Part shown: piece by piece, positions 1 to 11,964 of the stretch
How the letters are laid out: each line of letters starts with the position of its first letter
How positions within the stretch are numbered: the first letter of the stretch is position 1
Translations under genes and position numbers: made by a program
Origin: Methanomethylovorans hollandica DSM 15978
GTDB taxonomy: Archaea; Halobacteriota; Methanosarcinia; Methanosarcinales; Methanosarcinaceae
Assembly (NCBI RefSeq): GCF_000328665.1
Contig: NC_019977.1
Span: forward strand, 744,001-808,000
Length of the DNA stretch: 64,000 nt
Direction of reading: 5' to 3'
Notes under the pieces: generated by a model
Database searches by the model: none
The model's input: only the letters and a program-made list of their open reading frames with translations
Told to the model about the DNA's origin: nothing

Positions 1-1410
1 TGTTTCCTTTTCCTGGCTCCATCTTGCACGCATGGCATCGGACTCTGCACGGATGTCGGCAAGTTCCTTCTCCAAAGCTTCCAGGCGGTCCTTGGATGCT
101 TCATCCTTTTCTTTCTTCAATGCCTCCTTTTCGATCTCAAGCTGCATTATCTTACGGTCGGCCTCATCCAGTTCCGCAGGCTTGCTGTCTATGGCAGTTC
201 TCTTCTTTGCGGCAGCTTCGTCTACCAAGTCTATGGCTTTGTCGGGCAGGAACCTGTCCGCTATGTACCTGTGGCTCATGACAGCCGCGGCCACCAGAGC
301 TGAGTCCTTGAGACGCACACCATGGTGCACTTCGTATTTTTCCTTAAGTCCACGCAGGATGGATATTGTATCTTCCACCGTAGGCTGTTCCACCATCACA
401 GGCAGGAAACGGCGTTCCAGGGCTGCATCTTTTTCTATATACTTACGGTATTCGTTCAGCGTGGTAGCGCCTATACAATGCAGCTCACCGCGTGCCAGCA
501 TGGGCTTGAGCAGATTTCCGGCATCCATAGCTCCTTCTGTGGCCCCGGCCCCTACTATGGTGTGGAGTTCATCAATGAACAGGATTATCTGGCCTTCCGA
601 TTCCGCAACTTCTTTAAGCACAGCCTTAAGCCGCTCTTCAAACTCTCCCCTGAACTTGGCGCCTGCTATAAGCGCTCCCATATCAAGGGCAATGATGCGC
701 TTCTCCTTCATGGCATCAGGTACATCTCTCTTTGCAATACGCTGTGCAAGTGCTTCGACTATGGCCGTCTTACCCACTCCTGCCTCACCGATGAGTACAG
801 GGTTGTTCTTCCTGCGTCGGGAAAGGATCTCTATGGTACGCCTTATCTCCTGTTCCCTGCCGATCACAGGATCAAGTTTGCCCTGTGAAGCCAGCTCTGT
901 GAAGTCGATACCATACTTCTTAAGCGGTTCCATTGTATCTTCCGGATTCTCTGAAGTAATGCGCCTACCCCCTCTTATTTCCTTGATGGCAGCAAGCAGG
1001 CGGTCCTTTGTGATGCCTTCTCCTGCAAGTATTTTACCTGCTATGGAATCCTTTTCCTCTGCGATCCCTATAAGCAGGTGTTCCACACTGACGAACTCAT
1101 CCTGCATCTTGCCTGCTGTCTTGCTGGCAGAATCCAGCACTCTCCTGAGTGTCTGGGTCATATACACCTGCTCTCCTCCGGGACCGGATACTTGCGGCAG
1201 GCTTGCCAGTTTGTCCTCTACCTTTTCTGTGATCCTGTCCAGGTCAACATCCAGCTTCTGCAACAACGTGGGCACTAAGCCCCCGGTTTGTTCCAGCATT
1301 TCTAGAAGCAGGTGTTCACAATCTATCTGCTGGTTGTGATATCTGGCAGCTATCGTGGTTGAGCCCTGGATAGCCTCCTGGGCTTTCTGAGTGAAACGAT
1401 TCAGATCCAT
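1..1410 (-). CDS. clpB: ATP-dependent chaperone ClpB, 5' part (runs off the window's left edge)
   Basis: Manual minus-strand translation from ATG at 1410: [15 protein letters not shown]..., then [28 protein letters not shown] (Walker A) and [14 protein letters not shown], followed by a coiled-coil M domain. Missing from the ORF track because no stop lies in the window. Confidence 0.95.
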   Translation of the reverse strand, partial: MDLNRFTQKAQEAIQGSTTIAARYHNQQIDCEHLLLEMLEQTGGLVPTLLQKLDVDLDRITEKVEDKLASLPQVSGPGGEQVYMTQTLRRVLDSASKTAGKMQDEFVSVEHLLIGIAEEKDSIAGKILAGEGITKDRLLAAIKEIRGGRRITSENPEDTMEPLKKYGIDFTELASQGKLDPVIGREQEIRRTIEILSRRRKNNPVLIGEAGVGKTAIVEALAQRIAKRDVPDAMKEKRIIALDMGALIAGAKFRGEFEERLKAVLKEVAESEGQIILFIDELHTIVGAGATEGAMDAGNLLKPMLARGELHCIGATTLNEYRKYIEKDAALERRFLPVMVEQPTVEDTISILRGLKEKYEVHHGVRLKDSALVAAAVMSHRYIADRFLPDKAIDLVDEAAAKKRTAIDSKPAELDEADRKIMQLEIEKEALKKEKDEASKDRLEALEKELADIRAESDAMRARWSQEKET

Positions 1411-1502
1411 ACTTTTTCCCCTATGGTTCTATCCCAAATGATCAATGAACTTTATATGTCTTATAAGCGCTGTTCGACTCACTGTACTTAAAAATGGATA
1501 TT

Positions 1503-1618
1503 AATCATCCGGAGGGATTTCTCCAGATGACTGACTGTGCTGCTGCCATGGACCAGCATGTAAAAAGGATGGTAGGGCCATGGCCCGAAGGTCATGCCCC
1601 GCACCCAGATACAGGTGC
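1503..1618 (-). terminator. Cluster of three hairpins with T-tracts between hsp20 and clpB
   Basis: Inverted repeats at 1601-1618, 1575-1600 (cUUCGg loop on the minus strand, followed by a T-tract) and 1503-1532. Confidence 0.5.
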
Positions 1619-1641
1619 AATAAAAATATAGCCCTTTATGC

Positions 1642-2103
1642 TTACTCGATGAGGATTTTCTTCTTCTCTTCAATCTGCAGTTTTGGCAGTTCCACAGTGA
1701 GCACACCGTTCTCCAGTTTTGCCTTAGCACCCTCTGATGTTACCGCTTCAGGCAGGGTAAGTGTCCTTGAGAACATCTTATATGTACGCTCCCTGCGCAT
1801 GTATCCCTCTTCCTCGCTCTCTGTCTCCGTACCGGACTTTGCCGAGATGCTTATGAGGTTCTCCTGGACGTCGATGTTGACATTCTGCTTGTCAACTCCC
1901 GGAAGGTCGGCTGTCACTAAGAGCTTATCTCCCCGGTCCTGAACATCCACAAGGGGTGCCAGAGTATCAGCTTCGGTCCAGCGGTCTCCCATAGTCATGT
2001 CCTTGAACATACTGTTCAACTGCTGCTGCATCTGTCTCATCTCGTCAAAGGGATCCCATCTTGCTGTTCTAACTGGAGTCCATCCTGTCAGTCCAAACTT
2101 CAT
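1642..2103 (-). CDS. Small heat-shock protein (Hsp20/alpha-crystallin)
   Basis: WDPF N-terminal motif, ADLPGV, AKLENGVLTVELPK and C-terminal I-x-I. Confidence 0.95.
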   Translation of the reverse strand: MKFGLTGWTPVRTARWDPFDEMRQMQQQLNSMFKDMTMGDRWTEADTLAPLVDVQDRGDKLLVTADLPGVDKQNVNIDVQENLISISAKSGTETESEEEGYMRRERTYKMFSRTLTLPEAVTSEGAKAKLENGVLTVELPKLQIEEKKKILIE

Positions 2104-2168
2104 TGTCTTTCACCTCTGTATTTCAGATATAGTACAGTTGATCTTTATTTTCCAATAAAGGAAGGCGA

Positions 2169-3824
<1,656 letters not shown>

Positions 3825-3831
3825 CTATTGC

Positions 3832-4107
3832 TTATTTTTCAATTACCGCAAGCAGATCCTTAAAGTCAACGAATACGTGCAGCTCGCCGTCTATATCTAT
3901 TTCATCGCTTTTGTAACCACCATATATCACGTGGTCCCCTTTTTTCACAGGCAATTCACGTCCATCCTCAAACGTGCCTACAGCGACAACAATGCCTTCT
4001 TTCTTTTCTTCTTTGGCTGAATCTGGCAGGTAAATGCCGCTATCGGTCTTCTCGGCCTGTTTGACCACTTCTATTAATATTCTCTCTCCAATTGGTTTGA
4101 TGATCAT
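3832..4107 (-). CDS. groES: Co-chaperonin GroES
   Basis: IKPIGERILIE...SGIYLPDSAKE...GIVVAVG; immediately upstream of groEL. Confidence 0.97.
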   Translation of the reverse strand: MIIKPIGERILIEVVKQAEKTDSGIYLPDSAKEEKKEGIVVAVGTFEDGRELPVKKGDHVIYGGYKSDEIDIDGELHVFVDFKDLLAVIEK

Positions 4108-4281
4108 TGTAGATATCCTCCAAATGAAACTAGGCTGGTTTTCTGGCCAGCTTGTTACGCAATTATACTGTCACGCTAGTATATAAGCATATTGTGTTTT
4201 ATGTTAATTGTTTAGATATTATTCATATCATATGTACAAAAATTAGTAACTTTTATATACGTTATATGAGATCGGTTATAT

Positions 4282-4698
4282 ATGACTCCACAGAACTCGC
4301 AGATAGTTCTCATAAGCCTTGAAAAACCCAAGTATGAGAACCTTGAGGATGATGTCAGGTGGTTGTGTGACAGCTTCGGGCTTTCATCCGGAAGGGACAC
4401 TGAGAACATGGCCACCAGGATAGTAATGGATATGCTACGGATGCTGGCTGAGGAGGACAGGGTTACCTCCGAGTCTATAGCCGATAACCTTGATGTGCGG
4501 CTGGCACGTGTCAACCATCATCTGCGCAACCTCATAGATTCAGGGATGATATACAGAAGAAAAAGGTTGCTCTACCTGCGTGGCGGAAGCCTCAAAGCCG
4601 CAGTTCAGGAAATGAGAAAAGATTCAGAGCGCATTTTCGATGAACTGGAAGTCATGGCCGAAGAGATCGACAGAAAAATGGGCCTGAAGAACAGGTAA
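4282..4698 (+). CDS. Winged-helix (ArsR-like) transcriptional regulator
   Basis: TSESIADNLDVRLARVNHHLRNLIDSGMI helix-turn-helix with a C-terminal coiled segment; divergent from groES. Confidence 0.8.
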   Translation: MTPQNSQIVLISLEKPKYENLEDDVRWLCDSFGLSSGRDTENMATRIVMDMLRMLAEEDRVTSESIADNLDVRLARVNHHLRNLIDSGMIYRRKRLLYLRGGSLKAAVQEMRKDSERIFDELEVMAEEIDRKMGLKNR

Positions 4699-4721
4699 TT
4701 GCACAGATCCATCTCTTTTTA

Positions 4722-5555
4722 TCATTTCTCCACATCATGTACCCAGAAGTCGCCTTCAATTGTAAGTTCTTTTTTCCATACGGGCACTTCTGCTTTTAAC
4801 ATTTCCAGGGCATCAGTAAGGGCTGTGAACAGTTCCTGCCTGTGGGCAGCGGCAACAACTATGTATACGATATCTTCTCCCTGCTTTATGGTGCCTGTAC
4901 GATGGTGCATCCTTATATCCAGAACTCCTTCTCTTTGCATCAGGTCGTTACAAATCTTTTTCATTGCCTCTTCCGCAACCTTTTCATATTTCTCGAAATG
5001 CAATGCCTTTGTTTCCACGCCCTCGGAAAATTGTCTGACGATGCCGGTGAATGTACCGATACCCCCTGCCTGTTTTATTCGTGGGTCCAGCTTTACTTGT
5101 TCGATGAGCAGGCCGAGTGTGGCCCATTCATCCTGCTGCATCACGAGTTCAGCAAGGGTATCAATATCCCAGTCTGCTCTTGCTGGCAGCCTGGCGACTA
5201 TATTTTGCACCTCGTCGATATTGTCAAGATCCCCCAGAACGATCTTTGGCAGGCTGCTTTTCTTAGCGCCTTCAACTATAGCAAAATCCATGCCGCTGTC
5301 TGCCAGGGCATCAAGGGCCTTGCTGAGGGATGGGTTGCGTCTCACAAGTACAAGTTCACCATCTGTTATTGCTGCCACAGCCGCAGCCCCTGCATCAAAG
5401 TGTTTACCTGTATCGGTGTTCTCCGGATTGAACCGATGATGGCACATCTGCTTTACAGTACCAACCTTGCCTTTTCCGGAAAGTTTTTCCACAAGCCGTG
5501 TGACCAGTGTCGTTTTACCTGTTTTCTTATAACCGACCACGCTGATTACTTTCAT
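4722..5555 (-). CDS. MobB-MoaE fusion (molybdopterin synthase catalytic subunit)
   Basis: N-terminal VVGYKKTGKTT P-loop (MobB) and C-terminal GGIGTFTGIVR...HRTG...AAAHR...LKAEVPVWKKE (MoaE). Start set to the ATG at 5555. Confidence 0.9.
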   Translation of the reverse strand: MKVISVVGYKKTGKTTLVTRLVEKLSGKGKVGTVKQMCHHRFNPENTDTGKHFDAGAAAVAAITDGELVLVRRNPSLSKALDALADSGMDFAIVEGAKKSSLPKIVLGDLDNIDEVQNIVARLPARADWDIDTLAELVMQQDEWATLGLLIEQVKLDPRIKQAGGIGTFTGIVRQFSEGVETKALHFEKYEKVAEEAMKKICNDLMQREGVLDIRMHHRTGTIKQGEDIVYIVVAAAHRQELFTALTDALEMLKAEVPVWKKELTIEGDFWVHDVEK

Positions 5556-5708
5556 GAATATTCCTATGCAAATTAATGATATAAATAGAACGTAAGGTTT
5601 GGCAGGCTTTGCAGCCAATGGTCAAAGGCCACAGTTAATTATATTTTGTTAATTTTAACTTATATAAATATAGAATACTTTATATTGTATTAAGTGATTT
5701 TGCAGGCT

Positions 5709-6398
5709 ATGAGCGATTACAGGCTGAGGATGCATGACATTCCTGTTGATGACAGGCCCACTGAGCGTCTGTTGAAATATGGTCCAGAGTCTTTGTCCAC
5801 TGCCGAGCTTCTGGCTGTGGTCCTCAGAACAGGAACGAAGAAGGAAAATGTAGTAAATATGTGCCAGAGGATCTTCTCTGAGTACAACGTAAAGCAGTTG
5901 AGCCAGGCAGAAATATCAAAACTTATGCAGATATATGGTATAGGTCCCACTAAAGCTGCTCAGATCGCTGCAGTGTTCGAGCTTGCACGCAAGCTGGAGA
6001 GGCATGTGGATGGACCTAAGCGCAAGATATGCTCGCCTGCTGATGTTTATTCAATGCTGTATCCGGGTATGAGGGAGCAGAAGCGTGAAAAGCTTGTGGT
6101 GCTTTACCTGGACACAAAGAATCAGGTACTCAAGGAAGAAGTTGTTTCCATCGGCAGCCTGAATTCTAGCATTGTGCATCCCCGGGAAGTCTTTAAATCC
6201 GCGCTCATGGAGTCGTCTGCATCAGTTATCATATCTCATAATCATCCTTCTGGTGACCCGACTCCCAGCAAGGAGGATATAGCAATTACCGAAAAGCTCA
6301 TAGAGGGTGGCAAAATACTGGGTATCGATGTGCTGGACCATGTAATCATAGGTGATGGCAGGTATGTGAGCCTCAAGGACGAGGGTCTTGTCAGTTAA
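5709..6398 (+). CDS. radC: RadC family JAB-domain protein
   Basis: RPTERLLKYG, HhH GIGPTKA, VHPREVF, HNHPSGDP and LDHVIIG motifs. Confidence 0.93.
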   Translation: MSDYRLRMHDIPVDDRPTERLLKYGPESLSTAELLAVVLRTGTKKENVVNMCQRIFSEYNVKQLSQAEISKLMQIYGIGPTKAAQIAAVFELARKLERHVDGPKRKICSPADVYSMLYPGMREQKREKLVVLYLDTKNQVLKEEVVSIGSLNSSIVHPREVFKSALMESSASVIISHNHPSGDPTPSKEDIAITEKLIEGGKILGIDVLDHVIIGDGRYVSLKDEGLVS

Positions 6399-6444
6399 AG
6401 GAAAACAAAACCTTTAAGGTATTTACTATCAATTAGGCAATCAG

Positions 6445-7362
6445 ATGAAAGATATAGAACTTAATGACCCTTATACAACTCCATATAGAGGTATATACGC
6501 AATATGCGATAAACACAATGAATATGTAGAGATCGTTGAGCATTCCAATTGTTATGGCGGTGCTGCATGGTCAAAGTTCCATTATTCGCATTCTCCTCTC
6601 ATCTTAAAGACAAGGTCCATAGGGAATATGGTCAGGTATCTTGCAAAGACAGGCACATGCAAACTTGAACTTAAACCTTCAGTTGCAGCTGCTGGCATAG
6701 AATCTATTATTGTGGATAAAGATGAGGTCCATATCACATATGCAGGTCTGGGTGGTGGGGGTGTAGGCGCCACTAAGTGCCGGGCCTTTGCACAGGGTGT
6801 CCTGCGCTGCGACTACAGTGAATCAGGGGGAGGGCGTGCAGCAAGGGGTAAGGTCATCGTTCCCAGAAGGGAAAGAGTGCTCATAGGGATCGATGATACG
6901 GACTCTAAGGAAACGGGGGCAACATGGACTCTTACTCACAATATCGCAAAAGCGCTGGATTGTCCCGAGGCGGTCTATCTTTCACATTCTCTTGTTCAGC
7001 TTTTTCCCGTATCTGCAAGGACACAGAACTGTGTATCCACAGTGCTTGAGTTCGGGTGTGTGGACGCAATATCCACTAAAGAGCTGCTTGAAAGCATAAA
7101 GGCAGCACTTCTGAAATACAGTGTTTCAGATGAGACCGGCATGGTTGTGCTTCGGAATTTCAATGCACATGAGATCTATCCGTATAGCAGGGAGTGTCGC
7201 AGTGGTGAGCTCAGCAGGGAATATGCAGTGCAGTACGCTATCGATAATGGTGTGGAGATATGGCTGAACGGCAATGGGGTTATAGGTGCGCTGGCTTCTC
7301 TTGCATGGTTCTCAAGGCCGGATGAATCTATCAGGATGGACGCTGAGATAAATGACCCCTGA
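6445..7362 (+). CDS. Methanogenesis marker protein 11
   Basis: DPYTTPYRGIYA, AAGIES, YAGLGGGGVGA and IGIDDTD motifs typical of this family. Confidence 0.8.
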   Translation: MKDIELNDPYTTPYRGIYAICDKHNEYVEIVEHSNCYGGAAWSKFHYSHSPLILKTRSIGNMVRYLAKTGTCKLELKPSVAAAGIESIIVDKDEVHITYAGLGGGGVGATKCRAFAQGVLRCDYSESGGGRAARGKVIVPRRERVLIGIDDTDSKETGATWTLTHNIAKALDCPEAVYLSHSLVQLFPVSARTQNCVSTVLEFGCVDAISTKELLESIKAALLKYSVSDETGMVVLRNFNAHEIYPYSRECRSGELSREYAVQYAIDNGVEIWLNGNGVIGALASLAWFSRPDESIRMDAEINDP

Positions 7363-8890
7363 CACAGTCTCAAGCATGAAAGAAACAACTGGTCTTGAAG
7401 CTCTTTTGCTTGCTTCCTTTGACAGCAATGTGCTACTTGTGACAGGTGTTGCTGGTTATCCTGCAACTGCTGTTATGGAATTGCTGGTAGAGCGCTCAAG
7501 TGAAGGATACGTTGCCTGCTGGATGACCAATGAAAAAGCAGCCCTTGAAAAAGCTCTGGGAGCATCGGTTACGCAACAGCGTTCCATGGTGGTAGTAAAA
7601 CATGTAGGCATGAACGTGCTCAGTGATCCGCTAATGACCTCAGTGTACCACACCATCGGAGCAGGTGTTGTTATTATTGCCGGAGACGATACCGGAGCAC
7701 GAGCTTCCCAGAACGAGCAGGATTCCCGTTATTATGGGTGCCTTGCAGAGGTCTCTTTATTCGATCCGGCAACACCTCAGGGAGCATATGATGCAGTCAT
7801 GCGTGCGTTTAAGCTATCAGAACAGTCAAAGGTTCCTGTGATCATCAGAGTGACCGACAGATTGCTGGATAGTAAAGGAGCTGTTCTCAGAAGCCGACAA
7901 AATAAATCAACAGCCACTTTCGACAAGGATATCTGGAAACTTACTACAAAAGGCAAACATCAGCGATTCCACAGGATATCCATGCCTTTGCTTGAAATGG
8001 CTGTTCAGACTACTTCTCTGAACAGGCTTCATCCGGGAGACAGTGGGATAGGCATAATCTCATCAGGTTATCTTTCAGTGCTTGTGGGTAAAGCACTCTC
8101 CAAAGCAAAGTGGTCAGGTCATGCGCACCTTGCTCTGCAGATGTTGTCTCCTTTTCCTTTTGCAATGGTACAGCAGTTCATCAGCAAATGCAACACGGTG
8201 CTTGTGGTGGAGGAAACGGAGCCTTACATAGAATCCCACATTGCGGTAACTGGAAAAATACGGGGTAAAATGACAGGCCATCTTCCTTATGGTCAGGTGG
8301 GGATCGAGCATATTGATTATGCACTGGATCACCTGCACGAGGACAGGATAGAGAAGTATACTGAAGTGCAGACCATAAAGAGCAGAGGTTCCAGACCTTT
8401 GTGTCAGGATTGCCCTTTTATGCCTCTTTACAAATGCCTGGCTAATATCGATGTTATGGTTGCCGGGGATATGGGTTGTTCGATCAGGGCAGCTCCGGAA
8501 CCATTACAAGCTGTTGATACGGGATTCGCTCTTGGTTCAGCTATATCTACTGCCTGTGGTTTCAAGGATAAGGGCATTGCAGTGATCGGTGATTTCGCAC
8601 TCGCTCATTCAGGCATTGTTGGCCTGATCAATGCCGTGGGTTCTGAAGATGATGTTGTTGTCGTCATATTGCAGAATCGGATTGCTGCTATGACGGGCGG
8701 ACAGGAGGCTCCTGATCTGATGTCTGTTGTAAAGGCACTGGTATCGGATGTTACTGTCATGGAAATGCCAGTCTTTTCGACAGAAATATCAAGTTATACA
8801 GAAGGTCAACTACAAGAACTGCTTCTCTGCAAACTGGCTCAAAAGGGAATATCTGTGATATATCTCCTGGGTAAATGCACAAAATTATAG
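7352..8890 (+). CDS. Indolepyruvate:ferredoxin oxidoreductase alpha-like TPP enzyme
   Basis: GYPAT, NEKAALE, KHVGMNV, SQNEQDSR, LCQDCP, GDMGC and TPP-binding GD...N motifs; no C-terminal ferredoxin domain. Confidence 0.85.
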   Translation: MTPDTVSSMKETTGLEALLLASFDSNVLLVTGVAGYPATAVMELLVERSSEGYVACWMTNEKAALEKALGASVTQQRSMVVVKHVGMNVLSDPLMTSVYHTIGAGVVIIAGDDTGARASQNEQDSRYYGCLAEVSLFDPATPQGAYDAVMRAFKLSEQSKVPVIIRVTDRLLDSKGAVLRSRQNKSTATFDKDIWKLTTKGKHQRFHRISMPLLEMAVQTTSLNRLHPGDSGIGIISSGYLSVLVGKALSKAKWSGHAHLALQMLSPFPFAMVQQFISKCNTVLVVEETEPYIESHIAVTGKIRGKMTGHLPYGQVGIEHIDYALDHLHEDRIEKYTEVQTIKSRGSRPLCQDCPFMPLYKCLANIDVMVAGDMGCSIRAAPEPLQAVDTGFALGSAISTACGFKDKGIAVIGDFALAHSGIVGLINAVGSEDDVVVVILQNRIAAMTGGQEAPDLMSVVKALVSDVTVMEMPVFSTEISSYTEGQLQELLLCKLAQKGISVIYLLGKCTKL

Positions 8891-8904
8891 ATGTGCATTA
8901 TAGA

Positions 8905-8985
8905 GAAGGTGGGTGCCCGGTTGGTAGGAGGAAGGATTTTAGGAACCCCATATTAAGGCTAGGTTATATCGTTGGCACCCGTTTC
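8905..8985 (-). ncRNA. Candidate small RNA (hairpin with C-rich loop)
   Basis: 7-bp stem GGGTGCC/GGCACCC (8974-8980 with 8911-8917); loop contains AATCCTTCCTCCTACCAACC; minus-strand TATA box TTTATATA at 9004-9011, about 25 nt upstream. Confidence 0.5.
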
Positions 8986-9143
8986 AATATATGTTGGTAT
9001 AAATATATAAATTTATTGTATATTTATTTCAGGCACTTTACTGTTATATTATTTTGACATTTTCAACACTCATTCTGCTTTAGTCCAGTATGGTTAAATA
9101 AGATGGTCCGGTATTGTGGCGTATAATTCATTTTTACATTTAG

Positions 9144-10217
9144 GTGACCTTTTTGATCGGAATACTTGTCAATGACCGGGTTAAAGCTGGTAAACAGGCT
9201 ATCAATGAGTTGTACAATGTTGGATATTACGGACGTCCAAAAGGTGATACATTAGAACTTACACTCATTGAAGCTGCATATCTGCACTACAAAAAAAAGC
9301 TTGAGATACAGATAGATGACAGATCATTGTCATTTGAGGAGTTCTTTACTGAGGCATCAAAAAGGCAGCAGTATTTTGACCTTAAATATATCGTTTATAA
9401 AGATCTTCGAGAAAGAGGTTTTTATGTCCAGCCTTCTGTGACGGATTTCAGGGTCTATCCCAGAGGAGGGCATCCGGGAAAAACCCCGGCAAAGTTCTTT
9501 GTCCATGTTATCTCGGAGCGTATACCTTTATCTCTCAAGGAGTTACGCATGTCGCTGGAAGCCGCACATAACGTGCATAAAACAATGGTCCTTGCCATTG
9601 TTGATGAGGAAAGCGATATAACTTTCTACGAGATAAGGAAAGTGGAACCAGCGGGAAGCGTGGAATCCATTGAACAGGCAGTACAGGGTAAACGTGGAAG
9701 GTCCACATTCCTTGAAGACCGCGTGGTGGTCTGGAACAGTGATTTTTCCAGTTCATTACACGCCGCAGGTTTCTATGGTCATCCCCTTGATGCGGATCGT
9801 CTGCAGTTATCTCTTGTGGAATCAGGCTATCTGCTTAAAAAAGGTATACTGGAGGTTGCCGATATGTCCGGTACTTCTTCTCTTGGATTCTCTGAATTTG
9901 CTGCAAAGGCCTCGGTCATAGAATCGGAATTCATGCTTAAGTACATGGTATACGAGAACCTCAGGGACAGAGGCCTTGTCCCCAAGACCGGTTTCAAGTT
10001 CGGCAGCCATTTCAGGGTATATCTGGATTTCAGATCGGTGGATAAGCTCCCCCATTCGGAGTACCTGGTCCACTCCATAGCTGAAGAATATGAGTTCATG
10101 CTGCCGGTGATGTCAAGGGCGGTGCGCCTGGCCAATAGTGTGCGCAAAAGAATGATATATGCAGTATATGATAACGTTCACTGTGCCTATATTGACATTG
10201 GCAGGATAAAGATGTGA
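9144..10217 (+). CDS. endA: tRNA-intron endonuclease (tandem-repeat, homodimer type)
   Basis: Two endonuclease repeats; the C-terminal repeat has KTGFKFGSHFRVY, HSEYLV and RLANSVRK. Confidence 0.95.
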   Translation: MTFLIGILVNDRVKAGKQAINELYNVGYYGRPKGDTLELTLIEAAYLHYKKKLEIQIDDRSLSFEEFFTEASKRQQYFDLKYIVYKDLRERGFYVQPSVTDFRVYPRGGHPGKTPAKFFVHVISERIPLSLKELRMSLEAAHNVHKTMVLAIVDEESDITFYEIRKVEPAGSVESIEQAVQGKRGRSTFLEDRVVVWNSDFSSSLHAAGFYGHPLDADRLQLSLVESGYLLKKGILEVADMSGTSSLGFSEFAAKASVIESEFMLKYMVYENLRDRGLVPKTGFKFGSHFRVYLDFRSVDKLPHSEYLVHSIAEEYEFMLPVMSRAVRLANSVRKRMIYAVYDNVHCAYIDIGRIKM

Positions 10218-10226
10218 ACGATACTC

Positions 10227-10688
10227 ATGTTCGATATTATTGCCGTGGATATTTCTGGAAGACATGTAGAAGATGGAGAATACTTCATGGTATGCGTGGC
10301 AGTGTCATTTTCTGTGTTTCCTGACCATATCGATAAGACGCATCAGATCAATATCCGCCATTTCACAAGCAGGAATGCCCCTGAAATTAATGATGTGGCC
10401 ACAATGGTAGAAAAGACCGTGGAAGGCCTTAATCCTCAGGCTACCATCGTAATGGAGGCAGGGGATATGTTCAACAGGCCCCAGTGGCTGGTCACAGGCA
10501 TGTTCTCCCGGGATTTTAAATACCAGGAATCTCTGAGCGAGCGCAGGGCCATAGAGATAGCACACCATATTTCCATGAGCGCCAGAAGGCTACTCAAGGT
10601 AAAGTGCGCCTTTAGTCTTCAGTCTGATAAAGAGGATCTTATAAATGAAAAAAGTGATCGTTGTGCAGAGGGTAGATCCCGACAGTGA
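10227..10688 (+). CDS. Conserved archaeal protein (DUF2209-like, RNase H-like acidic motif)
   Basis: IIAVDISGRH N-terminus and ERRAIEIAHHIS; lies between endA and hflX. Confidence 0.7.
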   Translation: MFDIIAVDISGRHVEDGEYFMVCVAVSFSVFPDHIDKTHQINIRHFTSRNAPEINDVATMVEKTVEGLNPQATIVMEAGDMFNRPQWLVTGMFSRDFKYQESLSERRAIEIAHHISMSARRLLKVKCAFSLQSDKEDLINEKSDRCAEGRSRQ

Positions 10689-11889
10689 TGATCTCAAGAA
10701 CAAAAGACAGTTAGCTGAGTTGAAGGACCTGGCCTTTGCTGCTAATTACTCTGTTACAGGAGAGGTCATACAGTCCCGGTACCCTGATAAAAAATATCAG
10801 CTGGGCAAAGGTAAGGTGCAGGAACTTGCATTGTCCGTGAAAGCTCTGGATGCAGAAAAAGTGATCTTCTGCAATGAACTGAGCAGTATGCAGCTATATA
10901 ACATTACAGATACCTGCAAATGTGCGGTCATTGACAAGTTCCAGCTTATCCTGGAAATATTTGCGCTGAGGGCTACCACAAGGCGCGCCAAGCTGCAGGT
11001 TGAGCTTGCAAGGCTTGAATATGAGATACCCAGGGCAAAGATCATTGTATCTCATCTGAAAAAAGAGGAAAGGCCGGGTTTTATGGGTCTGGGTAGCTAT
11101 GAGGATTCCTATGAGCAGGATATCAAAGGGAGGATAGCTCGCATCAAGGGCGAGCTAAGCCACGTGCAGGGCCACAACGAATCCCTGCGCACTTTCAGGC
11201 ACGCTCATGGTCTGTCTATGGTGGCTCTTGCAGGCTATACTAATGCCGGAAAAAGTACGCTGTTCAATGCTCTTATGGAGGAGGATGTGGACGTGGCTGA
11301 TATGCTTTTCACGACCCTCTCTCCGGTTGCCCGCTCCATGGATGTTATGGGGCGCAAGGTAATTCTAACTGATACGGTAGGTTTTATAGAGGACCTGCCT
11401 CACTGGCTCATAGATGCCTTCCGTTCGACCCTGGATGAGATCTTTTTCGCAGATATCATATTGCTTGTAGTGGATGCAAGTGAGCCTCTGGACATAATGC
11501 ACGATAAGTTGCTCACATGTCATGAAACTCTGTGGGAACAGGTACATGATGCGTCTGTGATTACTGTAATGAATAAAACTGATCTCATCAGCCAGGAAGA
11601 GCTTAATGAGAAAATGGAAGCTCTTGGATACCTTGTTCCTAATCCGGTCTATATCTCTGCAAAGACCATGGGCGGTCTGGGTGATCTTAAACAGGCTATA
11701 AGATCTAAGCTTCCAGTATGGGAAAGAAAGGAAATATCAATGCCTTTTTCAAAGCATTCCATGTCAGTTCTTTCCTGGCTTTTCAAAGAAGGGGTAGTAC
11801 ATTCTGTAAAATATACGGATCAGATCCTAGTGGATCTGGAAGCAAGGGAGGAGGTAATAAACAAAGTAATATCTTTTATAGATGTGTAG
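10645..11889 (+). CDS. hflX: Ribosome-associated GTPase HflX
   Basis: LILEIFA, KLQVELA, GYTNAGKST, FTTL, DTVGF and NKTD motifs. Confidence 0.95.
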   Translation: MKKVIVVQRVDPDSDDLKNKRQLAELKDLAFAANYSVTGEVIQSRYPDKKYQLGKGKVQELALSVKALDAEKVIFCNELSSMQLYNITDTCKCAVIDKFQLILEIFALRATTRRAKLQVELARLEYEIPRAKIIVSHLKKEERPGFMGLGSYEDSYEQDIKGRIARIKGELSHVQGHNESLRTFRHAHGLSMVALAGYTNAGKSTLFNALMEEDVDVADMLFTTLSPVARSMDVMGRKVILTDTVGFIEDLPHWLIDAFRSTLDEIFFADIILLVVDASEPLDIMHDKLLTCHETLWEQVHDASVITVMNKTDLISQEELNEKMEALGYLVPNPVYISAKTMGGLGDLKQAIRSKLPVWERKEISMPFSKHSMSVLSWLFKEGVVHSVKYTDQILVDLEAREEVINKVISFIDV

Positions 11890-11964
11890 GGAAAATTAAT
11901 TACAAAATATATTTTAAATCCTTAGATTTGGATATGTTTATATAATATCAAGTATGTTAGTGAA

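Noticed and set aside
32..1339. 435-aa plus-strand ORF
   Set aside because: Antisense shadow of clpB; Ser-rich with no motifs of its own.
8911..8980. Possible tRNA gene
   Set aside because: It has an acceptor-like stem but no D arm, anticodon arm or properly placed T arm; kept only as an sRNA candidate.
10645..10688. 44-nt overlap of the DUF2209-like gene with hflX as a recoding signal
   Set aside because: More simply explained as a non-conserved C-terminal extension; no slippery site or stimulatory structure seen.
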